The notes beneath the pieces were generated by a model. The model was not told where the DNA came from, did no database searches, and worked only from the letters and a program-made list of their open reading frames with translations. A stretch of DNA of 63,701 nucleotides, counting the filler, from Dugesia japonica (Eukaryota): NCBI GenBank assembly GCA_001938525.1. It is 5 parts of 5 records of this genome, joined end to end, with 100 filler letters (N's around TTAATTAATTAA, not from the genome) between each part and the next. Parts side by side here need not be neighbours in the genome. Positions count along the whole stretch, not along the records: positions 38,047 to 53,224 come from MQRL01218311.1; positions 53,325 to 63,701 come from MQRL01644106.1; 3 more parts are not named here. The stretch is one strand, 5' to 3'. The position numbers were made by a program, and so were the translations under genes. Shown piece after piece: positions 40,601 through 53,389 of the stretch. Every line of letters begins with the position of its first letter. Position 1 is the stretch's first letter.

Positions 40601-42204
40601 TTATTGATCCAAGTACTATTCGATGTAGATGTTTACGCTGATCAAGAATATATACGGTTAAACCTGTCAAATAAAATTATTTTTGAAAAAAGTTTTAATT
40701 TTGTAATTCTTAATAATAAATTAAAAATAAAAAATATCTCAAATTTAATAATTAAACTATTTATTACATAGAGAATTTTACGGTGATTAATAATATCATC
40801 ACCTAAAATCATCAAGCCTTAAACATATAAAGTCATTAAAAAACAAGCACATACGTTTTGAGTCTCCCCCACGGAAATGATGAATTTTGAAAAGATTAAT
40901 TCAAATGTGAACATTAAAACATCTACTCGACAGAGAATTTTACGTTGAGTAAGACAAATACGATTAAAAATCGTCAGTACTTATTCCTGGTGAAATAAAT
41001 TGAAGAACGAGTAATTTTTATTGGTTACTCACTGAACAATATAAATATTATTATACAAAAAACAAAGTATTTAACAAAAAAACGATGCAAATATATTTTT
41101 TATTAAAAACATGTATTAAAATGAAAATTTGATGAATGGATGACTCAACTGATTACTATCTTGATGGAAATGACTAAATGTTTCATTATGTTTCATATTT
41201 TAAATGTTTCATATTATGAAATATCAAAATAAAATCATTGCTTGTAACTATTCTTGAATCAAATCATGATCATCTAGGAATAACAACAATTTTTTTCAAA
41301 AATTTTTCAAATTTTGAATAATCTCCCGGTTTCCCATAAAAATTTTAATTATTTGAATTATTTAAACAAATTCGTCTATTTTCCGTGAATTTCCGCAAAA
41401 CAATCTACTCAAACAGACCAATCAGAGAAAATAATTACCTTAAATCATACAAAAATCAACCTTCTCGAAGAATTTCCGTAGCAACTAATTCGGTAAACTA
41501 TTTATATAATTCGGTAAACTATTCAAATAATTCAGTAAACTTGTCAAAAAATACGAGAAACAGTTAAGTAATACACACAAATGTGTGTCGCTGTATGAAA
41601 CCCGATAATATGAAGAACAGTTACGCAAAACACACCAATGTGTCTTCAGGTATTTAAATTGGAAAAGTTATGTAATCATTTTTTACACACGGGGGGGGGG
41701 CTTTCCAAATGTGTGCTGTTCCAGTGCGCCACTATCCACCTACTGTAAACTATTGTTTTTACTTATCCATATACTATAAATACATTTGCTGAACTCCAAT
41801 AAGCATTATAAATCTATTAAATCTATTATATTTGATAAACTTTAGTGAAATTAATTAAATTTAGCAAATCTTAATAAAATTAATATATTTTTTAATTACG
41901 GGTTTATAAATTTTAATGAAATTAGTTATGAACTTAGTATCTATTTTATATTAATCTACAGAAAGTTTTAAAAATCAAGTTATCCAAATAAAATTTCTAT
42001 TTAGCAAATTACAAACTAATTTCTCAATATACAATAGATTGTGACAATTTACACACGGAGGGTCACAATTCACTCACAGGTAATGGTAATTTACATATAA
42101 GTAGTTACAATTTACTCATAGCTTACTACAATGTATATATACATGATTACAAGTTTAATTTGAAAGGCTATCGAAAATGTATGGAAAGAAGCTTTGAACA
42201 GGAA

Positions 42205-42541
42205 AATGAGTAAATAATAATGGAATTAAAAAGAAGACTTCCATTATTTACATCATTGATAAAATCTCCAGCTATGATAAGAATGAGAATGTTACAGTCA
42301 TTGCCATCATCGGTTAGAGATGATTTAGTCGAGGTTATTGTAAATATCGTTCATGGTAATGTAACTTTAAACAAAGATAGAAGACAACCATTGAAAAAAC
42401 ATAAAAAGTCACTATTAATCCTTATAAATACAAAGAATAAGAAATTAATCAAAAAATTTTTTGAATGAACAAGATGGTGGCTTTATAACAGCATTACTAC
42501 CGATTGCATTAGCAATATTAAGACTTACAACTTTCGCATGA
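42205..42541 (+). pseudogene. Polinton/adintovirus small basic core-type protein with a QxGGF motif (frameshifted)
   Basis: DDLVEVIVNIVHGNVTL....LKKHKKSL, then after a frameshift at about 42466 EQDGGFITALLPIALAIL. This matches the conserved small Maverick ORF ending QxGGFLxxLLP. Confidence 0.7.
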
Positions 42542-44719
42542 ATAATGACTTTTTGTGCAACAATAAGAAGAATAAATTGAAAAAAAAGAATGGTTAGAAA
42601 TACAACATGTCATTGAAAAGGTATAGTTTATTTAAATTGTATTAACTAATTAATAAGTTGCTATTATTTATACAAATCCTTGGAGCATACCAGATTTAGG
42701 AGAAGATTCAGTATTCTAGGGTTTAGAACTATACCTGTACCAGATTAAAGAAAAGACACGAGTTGATGATAATGAACCAATTAAATTTCAATGTTTATGC
42801 TTTAATAAATCTTAGATAATAAATCTTGTTATTTCTTTTACTTCTAAGTGTTTCATATAAACATTTATTGAAAAAGTATGAGTTAAATGTATTGGGGGTA
42901 AATAATGAAGTGATTGAATAGTTAATTGTATATTTTAAGTGAATTGAACAGATTTAGGTAAAGTAAGTAAGTAGTGTATTTAATGTTACCGTATCCCACT
43001 TTTTTTACTCTATCCATTGGTTTTACTGTATCATATTAAATGTATAGGTTACATATGTCAATCAGTATTTAATTATCAGAAATATATCCTACTCACATCT
43101 CCCCCATCCGACTTGGTGCAAGCCATTCAATATTTCGAAAGATTTCAGTACCATTATTTTTCTTAATTTTATAGCTCCTATTGTGTTGTTTATCAATTAT
43201 TGTGTATAGACCATCGTATCATTTTTCTTGTTTATTTCTAACGTCAATTTAACGCCAAACTTTGTCATCAATTTTAAAACTCCTTTCTGTATTATTGTGC
43301 ATTTGATTCGATATATCCTCATTGGTTAGAAATTTATCTGAGCTTTCAAATTTATCTATACTTAGCTTTTTTCCAAAAATTATTTCTACAGGACTTATTT
43401 TAGTACTTTTAAGAATTGTTGATTTCATAGTAAAATCTATTTGAGGTAAACATTCTACCCAATTTCTGAATAATTTATCTTCGACACAGCGATATATCCA
43501 GTCTCTAATCGTTCGAAATTGCCGTCCAATTTGACCATTTGCTTGATGGTGGTATGGACTAGAATATTCTATTTTAAAATTAAATTTCTTTGCCAAATCT
43601 TTAAAATTCGATGATAAAAAAAATGTTCCGTGGTTAACATGAATCGATCTTGTTGAACCAAACTTCAATAACCAACATTCACTTAGAATCTTGATTAAAG
43701 TTTTATCATCTTGATTTTTTACTGCTTTTAGTAAAATATATTTGGTATAGTGATCAATAATTGCAAATATATACTTTTTCCTGTGTTTGTCAATTTAAAT
43801 GATCAGCAAAAATCTATGTAAATAGATTCAAAGGGTTCATTAGATGCTAATTTCAGGCATTCCTCTTTCGTTTTTATTGTATAAACTTTTCCTTCGTGAC
43901 ATATTCTGCAATTCTGAATAATTTTCTTCACATATTCTTCAAAGTTTTCCATATAATATTTTTGTTTCATAAAATCGTANACCTTCTGAAATCCAGCGTG
44001 ACATAATGTCTTGTGCGTTTCCGTTATGATGTCATTTCGTTTATCCTTAGAAACATATATTTTATTGATTTTAAAAACAATTCCGGGTTTTATATTCAAA
44101 CTTTACTGTCTCTTTACTATCAATCTTATTTATTATATCATTAATTTCCTCACTATTTCTCTGCATTTCATATTTAATGATATCTTCATTTACAACTAAT
44201 AAACGAGTTTGGGCTTTTTTAGTTTAGCATCAGCGTGTTCCAAATTACATTAATTGCATAACTGGTTATTCAATCTTGATAAAGCATCTGCGTTTGAACG
44301 TTTTTCTCCTTTTCTGTAATCCAACTTGATATTTAAACTTCTGAGAAAATTTATCCAATTTTGAAATTGAGCTGTAATTGGTTTTCTTGTTGTTCTCAAT
44401 ACAAATTGTTTTCAGTATAAATAGTGTTTAAAGTGAAATTTAGAAAGTAATTCTTTTCTCGTAATGCAGTATCCAACTTCATGTTTTGACATACTTTTTG
44501 AACCGTAAGCAACGTCTCTTTTTCTTCCAAAATTATCTTTTTGTGACAATGCAGCACCAATACTGTCAAAACTTGCATCCGTATCTAGAATAAATTCACG
44601 ACTAAAATCAAGGTGACATAATATAGGAGCATTTGACAGTAGGTATATATGTGCGAACTGCCTCACATGTCCCCTATCTTCCCCATTTTTTTCGTCTCAC
44701 ATGCTTTTTCTTGTTTCAA

Positions 44720-44950
44720 TGAGGTGAAATTATGTATTTTGTTTAAATCAATTAAAATTATTGATTTTTTGTTTAAATTAAGTAAAATTAATTATTTCTG
44801 TCTAAATTTAGTGAAATTATTGATTTTTGTTTAAATTAACCAAATTTATGATTCTTTGTTTAAATAAATCGAAATTAAATGATTATTTGTTTAAATTTAA
44901 TGAAATTAGTAATTTTGAGTTTCTTCATTGAAAAATTATTGAAAATCTTA
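44720..44950. repeat. Degenerate tandem repeat of about 30 bp
   Basis: About 7 units resembling ttaaatttagtgaaattattgatttttgt. Confidence 0.75.
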
Positions 44951-45039
44951 TGTTTGTTTTAATTAAACAAATTTATCGATTTTCATATTCAACAATACAG
45001 CAATTAAATCCTGATCTATTTTAATTGTTTTCCTAAAAC

Positions 45040-46420
45040 TTGGCTTCAAGGTAATAAGCTTTTTGGATGAATTGCACAGTCTGAGATTCATCTTTTTCTT
45101 TAGATTTTCAACTGTTTTTCCGTATAATATGTTGTTTAAAAGCTTATAGTAATTATTATCTAAGCCTGATGTGCTTTTAGATCTTAGATCAGTATTTTCA
45201 TCTAGGGTTTAAAAAAATATAATCTAAATAAAAAAAATATAATTAAGAAAATATAATCTTATGTGAACTTTACAGCTCTATGTATTTTAGCAATTCTAAC
45301 ACCTAGTTGCATGCACAGTTGTAATAATCGCCTATGTACAACATAATTAAGTTTGGTATTATGTGTTGATAACAGCTTCTTTACCTTACTTCCAGGTGGG
45401 CTCTGATGTTCGGCTCCAACAGGTAAATCGCTTAAATAATCGTGTAACTCTTCCGGTATTTCAATGTCAACTTCTACTGTGTAACCATATGCTAATGATT
45501 CTAGATCCGATGTTCTACACTCTTTCAATATTTGCTCAAATCCTGTATGTATCCATTGAAAATCCATGTATGGTAATTTCTGGCTTAATACCCATCCATA
45601 TACATTATTTATATCGATGTACAAAAGCTCAGTGTCTTTGTCCAATTTCACATAATGTTTGTTGACAAATGTAAGTCCACTTCTGATTCCTCTCTCAAAA
45701 AATGTGAACATATCATTGTCTGTAAGCAATTTGATAGGATCCTTTAGGGTCATCAATGTTGATGCCCAGCTCATGCCTAGAATTCCAAAGAACGTTAGCG
45801 GTTCCAGTCCGTTGTGTTTTAGTGACTTAGTTCTAAATTTTTGAAAAAAGTCAGATAGCAAGAATACATCTAGTTTTAGATAAATCATCATATAATCCAG
45901 TAAATCCTTGCATCCAGTAATAAGCCACATTTCCAAAACCTTCTGATACGATTGTTCATTGACACCATTTCATATTATTGGCATACACTCAGTTTCTTCC
46001 AACACTGTTAAGCTAGTAGCAAATTCATATGGGAAAATTCACTTTGATTTGATGATTCTGTTGTCATTAAACTCCTTGGATGTTAATGGAGTTGATTGAA
46101 TTGTTTTAACAGCTGCATCCNATCAACTATTAATAAACTGATATGATACTTTATGTTTAAGTCTCCATTGTGGGCAATCAAGCATAAGAATTTCTCGCTT
46201 GTAGTCGGTATGCATAAGATATTCTAATGTGCAAATTGACTGAGTCCGTATTTCAATATATGATGCAAGTCTAAGATTATGAAAGACTATTGGTAAATTA
46301 TCTGATTTTTCTACTAATATTGCCTTTTGAAAATGTAACACCAACATATTTACTGGTGAAATGATCATGATCTCTAACCAGTTTTACTATATCTTTCTTG
46401 CATAAATGAAAAAGTGACAA
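45040..46420 (-). pseudogene. Protein-primed family B DNA polymerase (Polinton/Maverick, adintovirus-type), fragment
   Basis: Motifs VRDHDHFTSKYVG, LPIVFHNL, FPYEF, YLKLDVFLLSDFF (ExoIII), GIRSGL, YIDINNVYGW (motif A), GYTVEVDIE and YKLLNNILYGKTVEN (motif B). Motif C is absent (truncated). Confidence 0.92.
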
Positions 46421-48499
46421 ATGACAAAAGTGACAAACTGGAAACTAGAAAGTATAAGTTTTATGAATTTTCAAAGAATTTGTGATGAAATGCAATTTAA
46501 TGTCTGAATTATAATTTTAAAGTCTTGATTTAAAACGTCCAATGTGATGGGTTATTAATTTATTTAGTTGTATCGACTTAGAATTTACTTGTTGAATGTC
46601 TATATTTTATGGATTGTATTATACTTTTGTGAGATTCATTACAATTTATCGTAGTTACCATTAATTTAATGATTAGAGCTATAGTTTTGTGAGATAAAAT
46701 GTAATTTAGTGTATGGATTATAGTTTTAAAACGATAGCTCGTAAACCAGATTTAGATATCCTTGTAAAAAGCTTGTCCAAAATAGAAATATGGTCATCAA
46801 TGTTTTTCGAAAAAATTAAAATATCATCCAGATAGACCAAACTTTCTTTCCAAATCATGTCTCCTATAATAATTGTCATTAACTTCTGAAATATAGATGG
46901 AGCGGCGGCTATTCCAAATGCATCCTACTAAAAGAATATTGCCTATATTTTGTAAAGAATGCTGTTTTAATTCATCCTCCAATTCAACTTGATAATATGC
47001 CTTTCCAAGATCTATTGATGAATAGTACTTAGCTCCATATAGTGAATCTAACATTTTGTTCACATTCGGAATAGNGAATGCAGGTATAACTGTATGCTTA
47101 TTTAACAACCGAAAATCCAAGCACATTCTAATATCGGCTGAAGTCTTCTTTTGAACACATACAATTGGGGAATTCCATGGGGATTCGCATTATTATTATA
47201 TTGTCCTCCAAATTCTTAATAATTTCCTTAATTTTCTCATCATAATGTATTGGTTGTCGTCTGTGGTACAACTATTGGTTCACAATTTTTCATAATCGAA
47301 TGCTTTAAAATATTTGTCTTTCCTATATCCCACTTATTTACCATAAAAATATTGCTAAATTTCATTATTGTTTCATAAAATGGATGAGTTTTTTCTATAA
47401 TGTCTTTTGATTTTAAAGCTTCCTGTCTGTCAAAATCCCATATTTCTTTCGTACATTTACCTTCTAAATTACATAAATCTATATACTTGATGTTTTGACC
47501 GGAAATTAATGAATTCATATTCACTAAGCCTATATTTAATTTTTCTAAAATATCTATTCCTATTATAATTTCATGGATTATATCCAATGCCACGAAAAAT
47601 CTATTTCTAATACTTTTACCCTTATATCTTAAATTTATAAAACAGTGTCCAAATATTTTCAATGCACTTCCATTTGTGCAAGATATTTTTAAAGATTTTT
47701 CTATTGACTCTAAAACTCTATTTATTTCTTTAAACGTCTTAAAATTTATAACGCTAATTTTTACCCCTGTATTAAACAAACACTCAAAAAGAATTTCATT
47801 CAAATATACACAATCAAACGGCCTTTTATCTAACTTATTTCCTAAAATTACATTATTTCTATTAACAGTTAAAGAAGTGTTTTCATTATTTTCAAAATTT
47901 AGATCTGTAACTATTACATCAAATTCATTATTCCCCTTTGGTTAAAGTTTCGTAGTTTTCCGTAATCATCTGAGGATTGCCATTTTGAGAACAGACATCA
48001 TCCAGTGCAGCAACTCGATCATACCAATTGGGAAATTTCCTCTCTTCAAAATTCTGAGTTCTGTAATTATCATAATTTTTTCTATTGGTAAAATTCTTCT
48101 CCCATTATATTTATGATAAAATGCCATATAAAGAATGTATATATTAGGTTTATTAGTAATGGAATTGTTGTATGAATTAATCAAGCTAATATACCATTGA
48201 TAATTTTCTTTCTGAAACTCTTAATAAATAAGTTAGACCTATCATATCCCATGAAATAAATGTATCAAATAGTAGAAAATAAGGGAAATTATTGAAATCA
48301 GTGAAAAAGTGACAAAAAGTGGATAAGTTAATCATATTAAATGACTGTTTGTATAGAACGAATTTTAAGAATTTACGGAATTATATCAGTTTTACAATAA
48401 TTTTACCAAATTTAATAAAGTTTAACAGATTTAGTGATTTTATTGTACAAAACTTAATGAAATCACTGCTTACTTAAGAAATTTAATTGTTTAATCTCT

Positions 48500-48835
48500 T
48501 GATTATCAAGAAATATATACTCAAGATTTTGAAAACGATAATTATATCGCAACATATATGCAATCTATAGTAAGAAATATACGATATTTGGATAAGAATC
48601 TGAATTGTGGAATTACGCTTAATGAGTTTAAGAAAAAGAAATCCCTTCTTTAAATTTATTCTTGCTCCAGATTTTGATAAGTCAAAGTCAACTACCTTAA
48701 CAAGGAAATTGAGATTGGATATCGAATTCGCCAAATCTTTAACATCATCGATATATGTTATAATTTATGGAGTATTTGAAAAATGAATTCATATAATTGC
48801 CAACAGAACAGTATTAGTGAAAACAATATATTGTA
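48500..48835 (+). pseudogene. Polinton major capsid protein C-terminal fragment (not in ORF track)
   Basis: Plus strand reads DFENDNYIATYMQS...NCGITLNEF / PFFKFILAPD...KLRLDIEFAKSLTSSIYVIIYGVFEK*IHIIANRTV. This fits the MCP C-terminal consensus GNLRLxxxFxxxLxxxxxxxxYxxFxxxIxIxxxRxV. Confidence 0.75.
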
Positions 48836-49842
48836 TAATCGATACATGCTATGAAGTAAGAGTTAATATATCACTGATTTTTATTTTATTAGTTCTATTC
48901 AGATTGATTGAATTGGATAAAGTTGCTTGATTCATCATGCTGGGTGTCTATTCATTAGATAAGCTTCCAAATTATATTAGTAGTTGGGAAGAAAAATATA
49001 TGATTTTATTAAAAAATCTTGTTCGTTAATTTTTTAATAAAACTAAGAAAAAAACAATACAAATTAACAAGAATTTTTTGTATAATCCGATGTTATAATA
49101 AATTAATATCTGGAACTTAGTGTCTAGAAATTTTTTATATATCACTTAATGACAATATTTAATCTATGTTAAGTTATCTATAGGATTTTAAATAGTCTTA
49201 TTGGATACTTTACGACTTCTAAAGGGTTTTATATAATCTTATAATTTTTTAAGGGTTTTTATAAAGTAATTAAAAGTTATCTATAAAGACTTGTAAAGGT
49301 TTCAATAGTAATTTTAGACTATCTATAGGGTTTATATTGGTTTATTTGATAACATATGGTTTCTATATAATTTTATAAGTTTTTTTTATAGGATTTATAT
49401 ATAGTCTTATAAAGTTTTACATGGTATTATTGAATATTTTACGACTTCTATAGTATTTTTAGTTTTTTTACAAAGTAATTTTAAGCTATTTATAGGGTTT
49501 ATCGAATAACTTGTCGTTTCTTTGGAGATTTATACAATAATTTTAAGCTATATAGGGTTTATTAGATATAATACGGTTTCTTAAGTATTTTAGATAATCT
49601 AATAAATCTGTTAAACACAAACATTAAAATTAATGCATTCAGAAATTAAATACACCCTCATTGTAAACTAATGTACATATTAAATCATTACAGTTACACT
49701 GTTCATACAATTAACCATAATGCAATCAATAGTTACATAATTTAGAACCATTAAACCTATCAATAAATATTGTAAGAATCATTCATAGATTTAAATATCT
49801 CAGAGACANTTTTTTGAAATATTTCATGAAATATTTTCAAAA

Positions 49843-49984
49843 TATTTTATGAAATTATTATGTAAAATAAAATATTTCGTAAAAAATAAAATCGATATTT
49901 TTAAAATATTTTATTGAAATTATTATGTAAAATAAAATATTTCGTAAAAAATAAAATCGATATTTTTAAAATATTTTATTGAAA
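49843..49984 (+). repeat. Near-perfect tandem duplication of about 64 bp
   Basis: gaaattattatgtaaaataaaatatttcgtaaaaaataaaatcgatatttttaaaatattttatt occurs twice. Confidence 0.9.
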
Positions 49985-51744
49985 AAATTGTCAGATTATT
50001 TGTTTGAATACTATTAATTATTCTTCATCATTTTTTATTTTAATCAAAAACACTTGTAATAATAAATACAAATTTATGAAGACTTGTGAGGTTTTGAATT
50101 TAACTGAAACATATAATGTATAGATTTTCATCAATGTACCATAATAATGATGGTATAATTTTCATATAGATGGTAAAATTGTTCATTGTTTCCACCATTG
50201 TACGTATAATAATAATTGGTATAGTTTCCATCGATGTGACATAATTTTACATATAAAAAATTTATTTCAATATCTTATAATAAAATCCATGGGCTCCCTT
50301 CTTTGAATATTTTCTAATATAAATATTTTGTCTTGTAAATACACATGGACTCCCCTATTTGATTATTTCTTAATAGATATATTTTATAATAGAAATATCC
50401 TAAGACTTTGAATATTTTATGTAAATATTGAAAAATATACAAAAATATCGAGACTGCTCCATCTCATAATAAAATATCAAAACTGCCCAAACATACACCT
50501 ATTTCCACCATAATATCATTTTTCAAAAAATTATTACACCTTCCCCAACCAACAGAAATATTTGATTTAAGTTTTATAATCCCCATTAATTAAATCTCTT
50601 TCCAACAAAAAATATTCCAACCTCATAAAAAATTCTTTTAACCCCCATATACTACTTACAAAAGTTAACCAATAAAATTATTGATAAAAAATTCACCAAA
50701 TTAACTCATCACTATCACCAACATATCCGCACTTCTTAAAAAGCCATCAACCATCAAAATCAAAAAATATACCCCCAAAACTATAAAAATCTCAAGAAAT
50801 AGTGCGCGATAACCCATCAGATGTTCCAGTGCGATACCACCTTTTGTAACGAAGTATCCTACACTTTAAGTCCTTTAGATAATGTATATACAACCATACC
50901 ATCATCACTATAAAAAATGAAAATCAATAACTGCACAGTGCAATTGAGTGAACTTTCACTTTTGCACAAATATCTCCTTACACACTGCAGTTATCTCCAC
51001 TGAAAATGCACCCAAACATTCCTCACAACTATCGAAACACACACACACCAACAATACCTCCAATACCAAACCCCAATACCCCAATATCACAAATACAAGA
51101 TTATGATCAAAACATAAGTGATCCGATCAAAAATCTGATCACACCATAAATCTTTAAAAATATTCACGAAAACCAATACCAAATTTACAAAACAGTGATA
51201 GGTCTTCTCGCTAAAGGGGGTGTTCCAGTACGCTACTATCTAACTAAACCTTCATGAAGACATTTTAGTAAAGTTTTTTTGTATGCATGCAAAATATCCA
51301 AGAGCAGAAAAATCAGGAACAGCATATTTAATAAGACAAACATACTTATTAACTTATGTTTTTTAATCTCCGATTAAGGTTTTTAGTCTTTCTTGTACAC
51401 TCACCAATATAATTTCATTAAGCTTTTATATTTATTTAAAAATATATTGTATGTTGACATAATAAACCTTTGTTTAAATAATACAAAATGTATAAAAACA
51501 AAAGAAATCTGACATATTAATAGTAAATTTTAAAATATTATGATTTTAAACCGTTGTTTGCATAATACGTAGCTACGATCAATTAAAAATAATTACTGTT
51601 TCCACGGATCAATTGATGAACTTTACTGTAAACCGTAGAATAAAATTTAGTGTATTGCTAAATTTTAATTTAAAAAATATAAATAAATTATTTTCATATT
51701 TTTGGGTTGAATGACTTTTGCTTGTGCGGTCCTGTGCTTTAGTT

Positions 51745-53013
51745 TAGTGGCTTTCAACCGGGGTGCCGCAGATATATTAAAATGGTGACTAGAGCTTGGC
51801 GAATTTTATGGCAGAAAAGTTATTAATTTCATTATATTAATTAATTGCTAAATTTTTTTTTTATAATTTTCAAAAGACAAAAACTAAACTCAATTTAGAA
51901 TGAGTTAAGAGCATGTTTTTCAAATACATGACCTAATATTAAGGAGATTTGCAAAAAGCATAAAGCTCAAGCTTCACATTAATATATGTTAAAAAAAGAC
52001 TTTTTTAAAATTATTTTTATTAAGCAGTGAACTTACAAACTTGTTTTTATTTTCATAGCTAAAAACTTAATTCTAGACCTTTTTAATAACTTTTAATTTT
52101 TGTTTATAACAAATAGACACGTTAAAATCAATCAAAGTATTTTCCATCGTTAAGAATGACTTTCCCTCATAAATCTGGCTACATGGATATTCCGCGATGA
52201 TAAAATGATTTTTCTTTAGAATCGATCCAGCTGAAAACCCAATTTTGGACATGTTTGTACAAATTGAATTGCATATTTTCCATGGAATGTGCAATTGACC
52301 ATTGAAAATCTGTTGGAGCTATATCTGGAGAGTATGCTGGGTGCGGAAGGCTTTCCCATTGAAAGTCTAACAATGTTTGCTTGACGATTGAAGAAAGATG
52401 TGGTCTCGCATTGTCATGCGAAAGAATGACTTTGCGTCTATTGCTGGCTATTGTAGGTCTTGTTTTAATCAATTCTTCATTTAATGTGTGTGTTTAATGT
52501 CATAGCCAAATGTTTCTCTGTTTGAGTAGGGTTGTCATTCAATAAATCTTGTAATTCACTATCTTTAAACTTTTTTGGCNGACCTGGTCTTTCTTTATCA
52601 TTCAAATCGAAGTCGCCTTATTTAAATCTTGCAAACCAGAATTTGCAGTTAGACAACGATGGAACATCATCAGTGTATATTTCCTCAAGCATTTTATGCT
52701 ATTCCGCTACTGATTTCCGCATATCGAATAAAAACAATAATACGTGCCTGAAATGTAGTTTTGACCTTTTTTGCGCTTTCTAGAATTGATTATTTAAACA
52801 AATACCATTTCTAAATCAATATAAACTTACATTAGATATTCAGATATTTAAAATAAATTCTTATTTTGACTTTATTACAAATATAACTAACGTTATCGCT
52901 GATTTTAAGCTTAGACTAGAATTAATGCCCCTTCCTAATAAAGAGTAAGGTGCCCCAAATTTTTCAAATTTTCCGTTAGGGTGCCGCCATCTAAAACAGG
53001 ATGAGAACCACTG
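51745..53013 (+). mobile_element. Deleted hAT (Buster/Charlie-like) element with a nested mariner
   Basis: Ends tagtggctttcaacc ... ggatgagaaccactg with internal GGGTGCCGC repeats. C-terminal peptide PNIKEICKKHKAQASH* at about 51930-51982. TSD not conserved. Confidence 0.6.
52100..52810 (-). pseudogene. Mariner transposase relic
   Basis: Motifs KLHFRHVLLFLF, GDFDLNDKERPGxPKKF, ILSHDNARPH and HPAYSPDIAPTDF. Confidence 0.88.
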
Positions 53014-53389
53014 CTGCAACAACTTCAACTACTTGGTAAATCACTAGTTAATGCTCAAAAAGTAATTATAAACTCGTAATTCAACATAAAATAATTAATA
53101 ATTTCCTTATCCAAAATAACTACATCTCAAATAATACAAACAACCTTTATAGATTAAAGTAAAGTAAAATAACTTAAATTATTTTAATTTTTTTAAATAT
53201 TGTAATATACCGACTTAAGTAAAANNNNNNNNNNNNNNNNNNNNNNNNNNNNNNNNNNNNNNNNNNNNTTAATTAATTAANNNNNNNNNNNNNNNNNNNN
53301 NNNNNNNNNNNNNNNNNNNNNNNNAAATAATAATAATAATAATAATATTAATAATTATTATTATAATGAAACGAAGTTTTATTATTTAT

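Larger units (their letters stand above)
42984..48200 (-). mobile_element. Degraded Ty3/Gypsy element interrupted between RT and RNase H
   Basis: Protease LFNTGVKISVI at 47803 and RT CLDFRLLN/YLDD at 47126-46750. RNase H FILDTDAS at 44666 and integrase at 44099-43140. PPT GGATGGGGGAGA followed by TG at 43097; LTR extent uncertain. Confidence 0.9.
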
